Positions 42,039-54,486 are shown, numbered from the stretch's first letter. The stretch is 64,000 bases of DNA from Candidatus Poribacteria bacterium (GCA_030748495.1 JASMLX010000007.1:18856-82855); one strand, 5' to 3'. Translations and numbers: made by a program. The notes: generated from the letters alone by a model not told the origin.

Positions 42039-43217
42039 ATGCTAAATAACACCTGTTCTTTAAAAGTTAATGGGGCCAAAGAATCAACCCGGGAGGGAAA
42101 GTCTCTGCCGAGAACAGCTCATCACCGCCACCCCGGAGGGAAGAAGCAACCGGTACTCCGTCTGCTGTTTTGGGAAACAACTACAGGTTGTAACTTAGAG
42201 TGTGCGCACTGTCGACGGCTTGACGTGAGCCAACGGTTAGCCAAAAGTGATTTGACAACCGAGGAAGGCCTGGCCTTCATCGATGCTCTGACGGCAACAC
42301 AGAAACCGATTTTAGTTTTTAGTGGTGGTGAACCGCTGATGCGTCCGGATATTTTTGAACTTGCCGCATACGCCATTGGGCGAGGATTGATAGTGGCACT
42401 CGCCACCAACGGGACGTTAGTGACAGACCAAATTGCAGCCAAGATCAAGAGCGTTGGCATCGACCGTGTCAGCATCAGCATTGATGGCGAAAATGCTGAG
42501 ACCCATGATGGGTTCCGAAGGCTACCAGGCTCATTTGACCGTGCTTTGGAGGGAATCGCTTACCTGAGAGCGCATGATGTTCCGGTCCAGATTAATTCAA
42601 CTGTTGCCAAGCATAACGATGACCAACTCCCGGGTATCTACGACTTGGCGATCGATGTTGGGGCAATAGCGCTGCACCTGTTTATGTTGGTACCCGTTGG
42701 ATGCGGAGTGCAGATCGCTGACAGTGTTATGCTGTCAGCAGAACGACAGGAGGAGGTATTACACTGGTTCTACGATAAATCTAAGGAAAAAGCACTGCAA
42801 ATGAAAGCAACCTGTGCCCCTCACTACTACCGTATCATGCGGCAGCGTGCACAGGCAGAAGGAACAAAAATTGATCGCTCTACCCACGGTATGGCAGTTC
42901 TAACCAAAGGCTGCTTGGCAGGAACCTCGGTCTGTTTTGTTTCTCATAAGGGACAGGTTTTCCCCTGTGGATACCTCCCGGTTGAGGCCGGCAACGTAAG
43001 ACACCAACCCTTTGGGGAAATTTGGGAAAATGCATCGTTGTTCGAGACACTTCGCCGTCCTGAACTGTTGAAAGGGAAGTGCGGAGTCTGTGAATACATA
43101 AAGGTGTGCGGTGGTTGTCGAGCACGCGCCTATGGAGAGGTCGGGGATCTACTGGAGGAGGAGCCCTACTGTATCTATCAGCCACCAATCCAAATCTCGA
43201 AAACCCTAGATAACTGA
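42039..43217 (+). CDS. Radical SAM/SPASM protein, AhbD/NirJ-like (alternative heme b synthase candidate)
   Basis: 'WETTTGCNLECAHC', 'ATCAPHYYR', 'GCLAG..CFVSH.G..FPCGY', 'CGGCRARA'; true start may lie downstream. Confidence 0.85.
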   Translation: MLNNTCSLKVNGAKESTREGKSLPRTAHHRHPGGKKQPVLRLLFWETTTGCNLECAHCRRLDVSQRLAKSDLTTEEGLAFIDALTATQKPILVFSGGEPLMRPDIFELAAYAIGRGLIVALATNGTLVTDQIAAKIKSVGIDRVSISIDGENAETHDGFRRLPGSFDRALEGIAYLRAHDVPVQINSTVAKHNDDQLPGIYDLAIDVGAIALHLFMLVPVGCGVQIADSVMLSAERQEEVLHWFYDKSKEKALQMKATCAPHYYRIMRQRAQAEGTKIDRSTHGMAVLTKGCLAGTSVCFVSHKGQVFPCGYLPVEAGNVRHQPFGEIWENASLFETLRRPELLKGKCGVCEYIKVCGGCRARAYGEVGDLLEEEPYCIYQPPIQISKTLDN

Positions 43218-43627
43218 AATCATACCGAAAAACTAGAAAGAGGGTTTTAACACGGGGTTAAAACGCACTCCTGAAGGGGTAGAAAGCGAGGTCAAGGAGA
43301 TAATCGATGAGTTCAACCGGAAGATGTTTCCCGGCGGCAATTGCTTCTACGAAGCACGCTTCAGAAGTAAGTATTTTATATCTCTACCGTTGTGACTACG
43401 GCCACACCGTAGTTGAAGCTCAATGTCCATAACCCCTCCCTAAAAACTGAAGCTAAGTCAAACTGATACCACTTGTGTTTCAATAAGGGGTGTGATATAA
43501 TCGAAACTGGTAGCGGTCGATATTTTGGCAGCTATCTTGCCAACGAACGTATATTAGCATACATTAGCGATAATCCAAATATTGTCCCCTCAAAATTGGG
43601 ATCAATAGGCGTTCAATAGGAGATATC

Positions 43628-44254
43628 ATGGGAAAAATTAACACGCTTGTATTTGCTGGTGGAGCAATCCACGACTGGAAAGGGTGCAGTCAGGAAATCA
43701 TCAAGTCCTTGTCGCAAAGAGACGAATTCGAACTCACCACTGTAGAAGAAGATTTGGACACGCTGGTATCACCCAATCTGGATTCTTACGATTTAATCGT
43801 TTTTTACTACACGGTTGGTGAAATCTCCGACGCTCAAAAAAATGGGCTTCTAAATCATATTGCTTCTGGTAAAGGATACGTTGGCATCCACTCAGCTGCC
43901 GATTCCTTCAGAGGTTGTCCCGAGTATAGGGCCATGGTAGGTGGACATTTTATCACTCACCCTCGCTACCGGGAATATCAGGTGAGTATTGTCGATTCTG
44001 ACCACCCGATTACCGAAGGCCTGGTTGAGTTCAACGTTACCGATGAGCAGTATATTCTAGATTATGACCGACGTGTCGATGTTCTGGCCTCGGCCCTCTA
44101 TCAGGGTGATATGGCACCGGTTGCCTGGACGAAAAGTTGGGGAGAAGGCCGAATTTTTTATCTTGCTTTAGGGCACGATGCGCCTGCCTGCCAGCACGAG
44201 AACTTTTCTCTTATGCTCCAGCGTGGTGCGTTATGGGCGGGTACACCAGCATAA
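43628..44254 (+). CDS. ThuA-like domain protein
   Basis: 'GIHSAADSF', 'GGHFITHP', 'DEQY', 'GRIFYLALGH'. Confidence 0.88.
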   Translation: MGKINTLVFAGGAIHDWKGCSQEIIKSLSQRDEFELTTVEEDLDTLVSPNLDSYDLIVFYYTVGEISDAQKNGLLNHIASGKGYVGIHSAADSFRGCPEYRAMVGGHFITHPRYREYQVSIVDSDHPITEGLVEFNVTDEQYILDYDRRVDVLASALYQGDMAPVAWTKSWGEGRIFYLALGHDAPACQHENFSLMLQRGALWAGTPA

Positions 44255-44274
44255 AGTTGCCTCTCTGATCTGGG

Positions 44275-44913
44275 ATGCAACCTAAAATATCTGATATTCA
44301 GGTTCTCTCGGAAGAGAAGCTAAAAGTTGTTTTTGCGGCCGATGTTCCTGATCGGGTAGTGCCTATTAGCTTTGTCGGTATGTTCGGCCTTCGGGTCGGG
44401 ATGACGGTTTCGCCGGAGATTCTGGATCAGTTAGCTCAAGCCGAAGAGGTGATGAAAGCCAAGGCCTACGCTAAAAAGGCTTGTCAAACTTCAGAAATAC
44501 CCCACTCTAAATCGGAGATCATTAAACTGTTACAGCTACAGGGATTTGAGTCAGAGAGTATCGAAGCGACGGTTTTAGATCTGGAACAGAGCGGTCATGT
44601 CAAAGATCAAGTTTTTGCTCGGAAGTGGGTGGATCGCAGGCGTAAGTCTACACCACGAGGCAAACGGGTACTTCGGTTTGAGCTTCGGGGAAAGGGAGTT
44701 GACACCTCAACCATTGATCATGTTTTGTCCGAGGTTGATGAATCCGATGAGACGGAATCGGCCTTGCGAATCTCCCGGAAACATGCCAGGCGCTACAAAT
44801 CACTTGCTCCTCATGTGGCCAAACGCCGCTTGCAAGAACTCTTGCTCAGACGAGGGTTTGGCTACGATATCATCCAGCGAGTAACAGCAACTCTGGAGAC
44901 CGAGAAGTCTTGA
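44275..44913 (+). CDS. recX: Regulatory protein RecX
   Basis: Three-helix repeats 'DQVFARKWV', 'ELRGKGV', 'LLRRGFGY'; sits upstream of alaS. Confidence 0.8.
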   Translation: MQPKISDIQVLSEEKLKVVFAADVPDRVVPISFVGMFGLRVGMTVSPEILDQLAQAEEVMKAKAYAKKACQTSEIPHSKSEIIKLLQLQGFESESIEATVLDLEQSGHVKDQVFARKWVDRRRKSTPRGKRVLRFELRGKGVDTSTIDHVLSEVDESDETESALRISRKHARRYKSLAPHVAKRRLQELLLRRGFGYDIIQRVTATLETEKS

Positions 44914-44928
44914 ATTAGTAATAATCCT

Positions 44929-47574
44929 ATGAAGTCCCACCAGGTACGAGAGAGCTTTCTCCAATTTTTCCGACAGAAAGGGCACACGATTGTTCCCAGT
45001 GCATCACTGGTACCGGCGGAAGACCCAACTCTCCTATTTACCAATGCCGGGATGAATCAGTTTAAGGACGTTTTTCTAGGTCTGGGCAATCGGCCCTATA
45101 CCCGTGTTGCCGATACACAAAAGGTTATTCGCGTCAGTGGCAAGCATAACGATTTAGAGGAAGTGGGTTATGACGGCCATCACCATACCTTCTTTGAAAT
45201 GCTCGGCAACTGGTCTTTCGGTGACTACTACAAGCGTGAGGCGATCCAGTTCGCCTGGGAGTTGGTGACTGAAGTCTGGCAGATTCCAAAAGAAAAAATC
45301 TGGGTAACCGTCTATCTGGACGACAATGAAGCCGAGGATTTGTGGGGATCGGTAACCGACTTGCCGGATGGGCGTGTAGTCCGGTTCGATGAAAAGGAAA
45401 ACTTCTGGGAGATGGGAGAAACCGGTCCTTGTGGCCCCTGCTCTGAAATGTTCGTTGACTTAGGCCCGGAAGCCGACCCCGATTTTACAGGTGATCCACG
45501 TGATGGTATTAACGTCTCAGATCGATTTCGAGAGTTCTGGAATCTGGTTTTTATCCAGTATAATCGAGATCAGAATGGAGACTTACATCCGCTTCCTGAA
45601 AAGCACGTCGATACCGGAATGGGTTTTGAGCGGATTACCGCTATTCTTCAAGGCGTTAATTCTAACTACAAAACCGATGTTTTTCTACCGTTGTTGGAAA
45701 CGATCTCTGATGTCACGGGGCAGCCCTATTTCGATGACGAGCGAGGAGCGCCACACCGTGTTATCGCTGATCATATCCGTTGCTTAACGTTTGCTATTGG
45801 CGATGGTGTGATGCCGTCTAACGACGGTCGAGGCTATGTGATTCGCCGAATTCTACGCCGGGCGATACTGTATGGCAAACGGTTGGGTATGGATACCTCC
45901 TTTATCTTCAACTTTATCGATCCAGTCATCGAACAACTGGGAACGGCTTTCCCCGATGTCATTCCTCGCCGCGAATTAATTCAGAAAATCGTTCAGAGCG
46001 AAGAGAATCGTTTCCACCAAACGCTGGATCGTGGTTTAGATATACTCAATACTTCACTGGATCGGATCGTGGCTAACGGTGATTCGACCTTAGATGGCGA
46101 ACGGGCCTTTGAACTTTACGATACCTTTGGCTTTCCACTTGACCTAACGCAGATCCTAACCCGTGAACGTGAAATCGCAGTCGATGAGCAAGGGTTCAAC
46201 GACAAAATGGAGCAACAGCAAGAGCGGAGTCGGGCTGCTTGGAGAGCTAGTGGCGGTAAGGGACAAGATGACCAGATCTTGGGCGAAATCTTTAAAGAGC
46301 ATGGTCCAACCGAGTTTGTCGGTTACCACTCTGATTCAGCAACAGTTGAAGTTGTCGCTATCGTCCGGGGCCAAGAGATTATTTCTAAAGCCATAGCTGG
46401 AGAGGAAGTCCAATTGCTTCTCAACCAGACACCATTTTATGGCGAGTCTGGTGGGCAAGTCAGTGACCTGGGTACGATTGAAGGCCAGGATGTCAAACTT
46501 CAAGTTTTGGATGTGCAAAAGCCAATTTCAGATCTGATCGTTCATACTTGTCAGGTGGTTGAAGGTTCTGTAACTCCTCAAATGGTACTCACTGCACAGA
46601 TTGATACCGAACGTCGTCAACAAACAGCTATCAGTCATACCGCCACCCATATTCTACACAGTGCTTTGCGAGAGGTTCTCGGCACACATGTAGGGCAGGC
46701 AGGATCTCTGGTTGAACCCGGTCGATTAAGGTTTGACTTTTCCCATTATGAAGGAGTTTCCAGCGATCAATTGCAGCAAATTGAAACCTCAGTCAATGAT
46801 AAAATTCGCCAAAATGATGTGGTCCAAACGAAGGTCATGCCGATTCAAGAAGCTAAGGATCAAGGAGCCCTTGCCTTTTTTGGTGATAAATATAGTGATA
46901 TTGTTCGAATGGTTCAGACTGGTGACTATAGCACCGAACTTTGCGGTGGAACACATCTGCAGATAACTGGTGCGATTGGACTATTTAACGTTATCGGTGA
47001 AAGCAGTGTGGCGGCCGGAACTCGCCGTATCGAAGCGCTGACGGGTGCAACAGCAGTACAGCAGCAACAGATGGATTCTGCGCTACTTCAACAGATGTCG
47101 AATCTGCTCAAAACACAGCGCAGCCAAATCCCAGATCGGTTAAAAAAACTGCTTCGAGACAACCATCAACTGGAACGGGAGTTAGCAGATTTTAAAACGC
47201 AATTATCTACCACTCAGACAACTGACTTGACCCAGCATTCAGTCGAAGTCAAAGGCATTAATGTTGTTGCACAGTTTGTCGAAAATCTAGATCGGAACGG
47301 ACTGCGAAATTTGACCGATGATCTAAAGAACCGGTTAGGGTCAGGAATCGTAGTCCTAGGGACTGGTACGAAAGATAATGTATCCTTGATTGTCGGCGTC
47401 ACATCCGATTTAACCCCTGGTATCCAAGCGGGAAACTTGATGAAAGTCATTGCAACTTCGGCCGGTGGTCGGGGTGGTGGTCGACCGGAGTTAGCGCAAG
47501 GGGGGACTAGCGATTTGGAACAGGCCAAGTCGGCGGTTAGCAAGGCCCCACAGCTAATTGAGGATCTGATATGA
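44929..47574 (+). CDS. alaS: Alanine--tRNA ligase
   Basis: 'DPTLLFTNAGMNQFK', 'HHTFFEMLGN', 'DTGMGFER', editing 'HTATH' and 'ELCGGTH', 'GGRGGG'. Confidence 0.98.
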   Translation: MKSHQVRESFLQFFRQKGHTIVPSASLVPAEDPTLLFTNAGMNQFKDVFLGLGNRPYTRVADTQKVIRVSGKHNDLEEVGYDGHHHTFFEMLGNWSFGDYYKREAIQFAWELVTEVWQIPKEKIWVTVYLDDNEAEDLWGSVTDLPDGRVVRFDEKENFWEMGETGPCGPCSEMFVDLGPEADPDFTGDPRDGINVSDRFREFWNLVFIQYNRDQNGDLHPLPEKHVDTGMGFERITAILQGVNSNYKTDVFLPLLETISDVTGQPYFDDERGAPHRVIADHIRCLTFAIGDGVMPSNDGRGYVIRRILRRAILYGKRLGMDTSFIFNFIDPVIEQLGTAFPDVIPRRELIQKIVQSEENRFHQTLDRGLDILNTSLDRIVANGDSTLDGERAFELYDTFGFPLDLTQILTREREIAVDEQGFNDKMEQQQERSRAAWRASGGKGQDDQILGEIFKEHGPTEFVGYHSDSATVEVVAIVRGQEIISKAIAGEEVQLLLNQTPFYGESGGQVSDLGTIEGQDVKLQVLDVQKPISDLIVHTCQVVEGSVTPQMVLTAQIDTERRQQTAISHTATHILHSALREVLGTHVGQAGSLVEPGRLRFDFSHYEGVSSDQLQQIETSVNDKIRQNDVVQTKVMPIQEAKDQGALAFFGDKYSDIVRMVQTGDYSTELCGGTHLQITGAIGLFNVIGESSVAAGTRRIEALTGATAVQQQQMDSALLQQMSNLLKTQRSQIPDRLKKLLRDNHQLERELADFKTQLSTTQTTDLTQHSVEVKGINVVAQFVENLDRNGLRNLTDDLKNRLGSGIVVLGTGTKDNVSLIVGVTSDLTPGIQAGNLMKVIATSAGGRGGGRPELAQGGTSDLEQAKSAVSKAPQLIEDLI

Positions 47575-47608
47575 CAAAACCAAACGATCTTATAAAGGCC
47601 AATGCATA

Positions 47609-48079
47609 ATGTCAGCACTTTTGTGGCAAATTCCTTTGGCTGTTGCGCTTTTGGGTTTGGCCTGGTTTTTTATCTCGTTGGCTTTCCAATTGGGAAAAAC
47701 CTTAAAGTCGGTTGAGAGTGTAGTTGACGGACAGGTTGTACCACTTCTCAGAGAGTTGAACCAAACGACGACTGATCTCAATCGAGATTTACCCCAATTA
47801 ATCGGCAATTTGAACCAATTGATACAAACTTTGCAAGAGATTAGTACCTCAGAAGTTCAACCAACGCTACATTCGGTGCAAAAGATGACCGAGTTGATGA
47901 ACCAAAATGCCTCTAAAATAGATCTATTGGTAAATGAAATTGGTGAATTTTCAAAAAATACAGTTAGCCGTGCCAATTACTATCGCGACCAATTGGCGAT
48001 ACCATTGACAGACTTGCTCAGTTTATGGAGCGGTATTAAGGCTGGTTTTGAGCATTTAGTAAAGTGGAAAAATAAGTGA
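47609..48079 (+). CDS. DUF948/YoxC-like membrane-anchored coiled-coil protein
   Basis: N-terminal TM helix plus coiled coil, directly upstream of a YtxH-like gene. Confidence 0.65.
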   Translation: MSALLWQIPLAVALLGLAWFFISLAFQLGKTLKSVESVVDGQVVPLLRELNQTTTDLNRDLPQLIGNLNQLIQTLQEISTSEVQPTLHSVQKMTELMNQNASKIDLLVNEIGEFSKNTVSRANYYRDQLAIPLTDLLSLWSGIKAGFEHLVKWKNK

Positions 48080-48103
48080 TGTAATTTTGAGGGAGGTAAG
48101 ATT

Positions 48104-48457
48104 GTGAGCAATGATAAAGACGATGGTGCTCTGGCAATTATTCTAGCCTTTTTTGCCGGAGGGTTAGTGGGTTCGGTTCTAGGGCTTTTACTCGCGCCAT
48201 TTTCAGGCCGAGAAACCCGGGAACGGATTCTGGACACAACATTGGAGACTAAAGATCGAACTGTTGGGGTGGCAACCCAAGTAAGAGAGCTCGCAGCACA
48301 ATCGTTTGAAGCAGGTACGCAAGCCTTTCAGCAGCGGAAAGAAGAGGTTGCTATTGAGTTGGACGACTCCGTCGAAACCTCTGAACCAGAAAAGATGGAA
48401 ACGTTGGAATCCACACCACAGGTACAGGATGCGCTGATAGAAGAACCCACCGCCTAA
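48104..48457 (+). CDS. YtxH domain protein
   Basis: 'FFAGGLVGSVLGLLLAPFSGRETR'. Confidence 0.88.
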   Translation: MSNDKDDGALAIILAFFAGGLVGSVLGLLLAPFSGRETRERILDTTLETKDRTVGVATQVRELAAQSFEAGTQAFQQRKEEVAIELDDSVETSEPEKMETLESTPQVQDALIEEPTA

Positions 48458-48579
48458 CCTATACTTTATTCTACACTCTCTGAGCCACAGTCTATTCTTC
48501 CTCTCGGCCCTGGCCAAAGAAGTAGGTCGTGGCTTATTTTTATGCCACACTTACATATCTTTATTTGTGTCTTCACCTA

Positions 48580-49347
48580 ATGAATCCAGAAAAACTTAAA
48601 ACGCTGCTGACCGAAGTTCAACAGAGCCAAACCAGCATTGACGACGCACTAGATGTTCTGCGCCGTTTACCTTTTGAAGATCTAGGCTTCTCTAAAATCG
48701 ATTTCCATCGCCAACTTCGACAGGGTTTTCCAGAAGTGATCTTCTGTCAGGGAAAAACGGTCGATCAGGTGACGGAAATTGCCAAACGCCTGCTCGAAGC
48801 CGATCAACCCTTGTTTGCCACCCGTGCTACCATTGAAATGTATCAAGCCATCGCTCAACTGGCACCGATAGCGACATTTAATGAGGCCGGTCGAACCATC
48901 AGTCTTCCATCTAACGATCAGCAACCCACTCTTTTGAAAGAAGGTATCTTAGTCGTGTCGGCAGGGACTTCCGATATTCCTGTGGCCGAGGAGGCTGTTG
49001 AGACCGCCACCATATTGGGAAACAAAGTAGAACGCCTATATGATGTTGGTGTGGCGGGAATCCATCGTCTGTTGGGGAACTATGAACAATTAGCTGAGGC
49101 TAATGTCGTGGTTGTAGTAGCGGGAATGGAAGGCGCACTAGCTAGCGTCGTTGGTGGGCTAATCGACAAACCTGTGATTGCGGTTCCGACAAGTATCGGT
49201 TATGGAGCCAGTTTTAGCGGCGTCGCTGCACTACTAGCCATGCTGAACAGTTGTGCTTCGGGCGTTAGCGTGGTTAATATCGACAACGGTTTTGGGGCAG
49301 GTTACAGCGCCGCATTAATCAACCGTCAAATTACAGACGAAAAATGA
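48580..49347 (+). CDS. larB: Nickel-pincer cofactor biosynthesis protein LarB
   Basis: 'GFPEVIF', '[12 protein letters not shown]', '[10 protein letters not shown]', 'VAGMEGAL', 'VNIDNGFGA'. Confidence 0.92.
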   Translation: MNPEKLKTLLTEVQQSQTSIDDALDVLRRLPFEDLGFSKIDFHRQLRQGFPEVIFCQGKTVDQVTEIAKRLLEADQPLFATRATIEMYQAIAQLAPIATFNEAGRTISLPSNDQQPTLLKEGILVVSAGTSDIPVAEEAVETATILGNKVERLYDVGVAGIHRLLGNYEQLAEANVVVVVAGMEGALASVVGGLIDKPVIAVPTSIGYGASFSGVAALLAMLNSCASGVSVVNIDNGFGAGYSAALINRQITDEK

Positions 49348-49348
49348 G

Positions 49349-50290
49349 ATGGGCCTCCATCCAATCGTTTTAGATACGGATCCAGGGGTTGATGACGCAC
49401 TGGCTATTATTTACGCACTCAACCATCTAGATTTACAGGTCCACGCCATCACTACGGTTTGCGGTAACATTGGTGTTGATCAAGCGACCATAAATACCCA
49501 AATCGTTCTATCCCTTCTCGATTGTGTGGTCCCCTTAGCTATGGGGCAGAATCAACCCATCTACTATCCGCTGCAGACTGCGCCCCATGTTCATGGCCTA
49601 GACGGTTTAGGCAACGTCTCGGTCCAGTTTGAATCTTTAGAAGAGCAGGTGGTTAAAAAGTCGGCTGTAGAATTAATACTCGACTTTGTGGCCAAGTTTC
49701 CAGATCAGTTACGGTTGGTCTGCATTGGGCCATTGACCAACATCGCTCAGGCAATTTTAGCCAATTCGCCGCTGATGCGACGGACCAAAGAGATTATCTT
49801 GATGGGTGGTGCGTTCGAGCAACGTGGGAATGTGACCACAAGCGCCGAGTTCAATATCTACGTAGATCCACATGCAGCAAAAATTGTATTGGAATCGGGT
49901 GTCCCCATTACCATCCTATCACTGGACCTGACTCATCAAGTTATACTCTCAGCAGACCGTCTCCATCAAGCCACACTGTGTAGTAATGCCCCTTGGCGTG
50001 ATTTCACCTGGTCTATAACCCAACCGTGTATGCGATTTCACCAGCACCAGGAGGGTTTCCATGGAATGTACTTACACGACCCGCTGGCTGTCGGTTACCT
50101 GTTGCGGCCAGATTTATTCAAAACAGTGCCAGCGGAAGTCAGAGTGGAAACATCAAGTTCATCAACTCGCGGTATGACGGTCGCTAATCTGCACCAGCAA
50201 CCCATGACGCCAAATGCTCAAATCTGCGTTGCTGTCAAAGTTGAACAATTCTTAAACCACTTTCTCCAAACGCTATTAGATTTACCTTGA
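49349..50290 (+). CDS. Inosine/uridine-preferring nucleoside hydrolase
   Basis: 'DTDPGVDDA', 'HGLDGLG', 'AEFNIYVDP', 'HDP'. Confidence 0.93.
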   Translation: MGLHPIVLDTDPGVDDALAIIYALNHLDLQVHAITTVCGNIGVDQATINTQIVLSLLDCVVPLAMGQNQPIYYPLQTAPHVHGLDGLGNVSVQFESLEEQVVKKSAVELILDFVAKFPDQLRLVCIGPLTNIAQAILANSPLMRRTKEIILMGGAFEQRGNVTTSAEFNIYVDPHAAKIVLESGVPITILSLDLTHQVILSADRLHQATLCSNAPWRDFTWSITQPCMRFHQHQEGFHGMYLHDPLAVGYLLRPDLFKTVPAEVRVETSSSSTRGMTVANLHQQPMTPNAQICVAVKVEQFLNHFLQTLLDLP

Positions 50291-50563
50291 CCTCTTGACA
50301 AACCGATAAACTTTTTCGCCCGGTTTGATATAACCAAGTTGACGTACTAGCCGCTCCTGCGTTAATGGGTTAGACTCCAATTGATCAACCCTGGTTTTCA
50401 AATCATCTCTTTGCTGTCGGAGTTTTTCCAGTTTCGCTTGGTAGTCGGTCCGGAAAGCAATTGCCCGGCGCCAATTCAGGAATCCCTGCCCTGTATGGTA
50501 GAGACTGGTTACCAGCAGTACCAGCAGAAAAGCAGCTAAACAGATCCGTAGGAAACGACGCAT
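50282..50563 (-). CDS. Septum formation initiator (FtsB/DivIC family)
   Basis: TM helix, coiled coil and 'RQLGYIKPGE'; follows eno, a conserved synteny. Confidence 0.85.
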   Translation of the reverse strand: MRRFLRICLAAFLLVLLVTSLYHTGQGFLNWRRAIAFRTDYQAKLEKLRQQRDDLKTRVDQLESNPLTQERLVRQLGYIKPGEKVYRFVKRSR

Positions 50564-50614
50564 AACGCTAGTTTTTCGATCGAGGAAGTTATCCCTGGAA
50601 GTAACCTATTAGCT

Positions 50615-51910
<1,296 letters not shown>

Positions 51911-51980
51911 TTATATTTTAGAGAAAAGGCTGATTCAAAGCCTAATTTTTGATATTAATTTCTAAATATTTATCTTTAAC

Positions 51981-52775
51981 TTAAAAGTGATCCCATAAAT
52001 CTGGGTTTTCGGTTAAAATCTCGGGACCGTCCGACAGGATGGCAACAGTATGCTCAAAGTGAGCGGAAAGGCTCAGGTCGGCGGTAACCGCAGTCCAGCC
52101 ATCCTCTAGGGTTACCGAATCTCCAGTGCCAACATTGATCATCGGCTCAATCGCTATCACCATACCGGGTTTCAATCTTGGGCCGGTTCCAGGAACCCCT
52201 GAATTGGGAACTTGTGGTGGCTCGTGCATACTCCTACCGATACCATGTCCTACAAAGTTGTGCGCGATGTGAAATCCGTGCAACTCCGCATAGGCTTGGA
52301 CGGCATGACACACATCGCCCAAACGGTTGCCGGGCTTAGCTTGTTCGATGGCTTTATAAAGTGATGTTCTGGTGACATCCAGCAATTTTTGGGCTTCAGC
52401 CGAAACTTGACCAACTTTAAAGGTAAAAGCGTTATCTCCATGAAAGCCATTCAGAAAGATAGCAGTGTCGATGCTGGCAATCTGTCCGCTTTGCAAGATC
52501 TGGCTTTCGCTTGGCACACCGTGGACGATTACTTCGTTAATCGAGGAACAGATTGTCGCTGGGTAAGGAGGATGATTGGGTAATTGATAACCGAGGAAGG
52601 AAGATTCTCCTCCCAATTCTTTGATCGTTTGACAACAAATCCGATCTAGTTCAGCAGTGGAAACGCCAGGGGAAACAGCTTCTCCAATGCGTTGTAACAT
52701 GATAGCGGCAGTTCGACCGCTTCCCTGCATTTTCTCAATATCTTTTTTGGATTTTAACCGAATTCGATTTCTCAT
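51981..52775 (-). CDS. map: Type I methionine aminopeptidase
   Basis: 'HGVP', 'GHGIG', 'HEPP', 'AIEPM', 'HFEHT'. Confidence 0.96.
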   Translation of the reverse strand: MRNRIRLKSKKDIEKMQGSGRTAAIMLQRIGEAVSPGVSTAELDRICCQTIKELGGESSFLGYQLPNHPPYPATICSSINEVIVHGVPSESQILQSGQIASIDTAIFLNGFHGDNAFTFKVGQVSAEAQKLLDVTRTSLYKAIEQAKPGNRLGDVCHAVQAYAELHGFHIAHNFVGHGIGRSMHEPPQVPNSGVPGTGPRLKPGMVIAIEPMINVGTGDSVTLEDGWTAVTADLSLSAHFEHTVAILSDGPEILTENPDLWDHF

Positions 52776-52881
52776 TACTTAAAGTTATAATTGCGCAATC
52801 TACTCTCAATGATACGATTCAAGGCCACCTTTTGGTTTCGTAGAAGTTACCGTCAGGCGTAATTTTGATGAAAGGTGAATT

Positions 52882-54276
52882 CTAATTGCCAGGTGATACG
52901 ATATTGCCAATTAAGGTTTGTGCCGTAGCCGAGTTAATCTGAACCAACACAGTATCACCAACGTTGGCACTTAAGCGAGGAAAGACAGTTGTCTTAAAAC
53001 TGCGCGTTCTACCGAAGAAGTCGTCAGTTGACCTTTTTGATTCCCCTTCAACTAGCACTTCAACCGTTTTACCGATTAATGCTTGGTTGATTTGATGGGA
53101 GATTTGATATTGTTGCTCAATGATGCACTGTAGCCGCTCGATCTTCACTTTTTCCGGCACATCATCGGTCAGCGACTTGTGGGCTAATGTACCTTCTCGA
53201 TCAGAATACTTAAACATAAAAGCGGAATCGTAGCGGATTTCAGCCATCATGCTGTAAGTCTGTTGAAAATCTTCTTCAGTCTCCCCACAGAAACCGACAA
53301 TAATGTCGGTGCTTATGGACAAGTTGGGCATTCGATCTCGCATCTGGGCTACTAAATCACGGTACTCGTTCGCCGTGTAAGTACGTCGCATAGCTTGCAA
53401 AACTCGTGTTGATCCTGATTGCAGCGGTAGATGAATCTGTTGACAGACTTTGTCGCAGTTTGCCATCGCTTCGATCATCGGTTCTGAAGCATCATTGGGA
53501 TGAGGCGAGGTGAAGCGGATTCTCTTCAGCCCTTCCACTTGATTTAGGGTAACCAGAAGATCCCCGAAATCATGTTTCCCAGCTTGATAAGAATTAACCG
53601 TTTGACCGAGTAAGACAATCTCTTTAAACCCTTCATCGACCAGCCGGTGGCATTCTTCAGCCAGTATCGGAACAGAGATACTTCGCTCTCGCCCACGTGT
53701 GAAGGGAACCACACAAAAAGTACACATCTTGTCGCAACCCCGTTGAATCGTTAGCCAGGCGCGAACCCCATCCTTGCGAATCGGTGCTAGATCGGCATAA
53801 TCCTCGCTTCTGTCGAGTTTTAGTCCCACAAACGGATCTTTAGATCTCGCAGCGTGGATTGCTTGTGGAAGACTACGGTAAGCGTCTGGACCAAGAATAA
53901 TATCTACAAATGGTGCTGCTTCGATAATCTGCTGACGCAGATGCTGAGCCATGCAACCACAAACGCCCAGAACCGTATCCGGTTTTCGACGCTTGATGCT
54001 GTTAAGGTGTTGGAGACGGTGAAAAACCTTCTCTTCCGCATTTTCTCGAATTGCACAAGTGTTGATAAGGATAACATCCGCATCCTCCGCCCGGTCCAGT
54101 AGATAATAACCAATACCTGATAAAATACCAGCCATGAGTTCGCTATCACTGACGTTCATCTGACAGCCGTAGGTTTCGATGTAGACAGTTCCCATCACTT
54201 GTGGCGATGCCATCCCTTTACCAAGGGGAGTGGTAGCTGTCTGAATAGAATTGTAGAGTGGCAATTTTCTTCTCAT
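52882..54276 (-). CDS. miaB: tRNA-i6A37 methylthiotransferase
   Basis: 'TYGCQMN', 'CDKMCTFC', 'RFTSPHP', C-terminal TRAM domain; start may be 54213. Confidence 0.95.
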   Translation of the reverse strand: MRRKLPLYNSIQTATTPLGKGMASPQVMGTVYIETYGCQMNVSDSELMAGILSGIGYYLLDRAEDADVILINTCAIRENAEEKVFHRLQHLNSIKRRKPDTVLGVCGCMAQHLRQQIIEAAPFVDIILGPDAYRSLPQAIHAARSKDPFVGLKLDRSEDYADLAPIRKDGVRAWLTIQRGCDKMCTFCVVPFTRGRERSISVPILAEECHRLVDEGFKEIVLLGQTVNSYQAGKHDFGDLLVTLNQVEGLKRIRFTSPHPNDASEPMIEAMANCDKVCQQIHLPLQSGSTRVLQAMRRTYTANEYRDLVAQMRDRMPNLSISTDIIVGFCGETEEDFQQTYSMMAEIRYDSAFMFKYSDREGTLAHKSLTDDVPEKVKIERLQCIIEQQYQISHQINQALIGKTVEVLVEGESKRSTDDFFGRTRSFKTTVFPRLSANVGDTVLVQINSATAQTLIGNIVSPGN

Positions 54277-54486
54277 TAAGAATTAAGAGGACTGGTAATT
54301 GTCTGGTCTGTAGTCGAAAGTGAATAGGATCGAAGATGTAAGTTTGCGGGAAATTAAACGCAGTTTCAAGCAATCGGGTGCATAAAAGAAAAGAGAGAAA
54401 AGCCCGGTACTATCTGGGAAACTCGCTGTTTTGCTTGCAGCAGTGATAGCTAACCCCATCATGAAAAATCGATGATAGTAAGACAT

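Noticed and set aside
43270-43420. Small ORF-like remnant 'EVKEIIDEFNRKMF..FYEARFRSKY'
   Set aside because: Looks like a frameshifted gene fragment, but too short to assign a family.
54283-54486. 67-aa ORF between the aminotransferase and miaB
   Set aside because: No motif or clear RBS; may be spurious.
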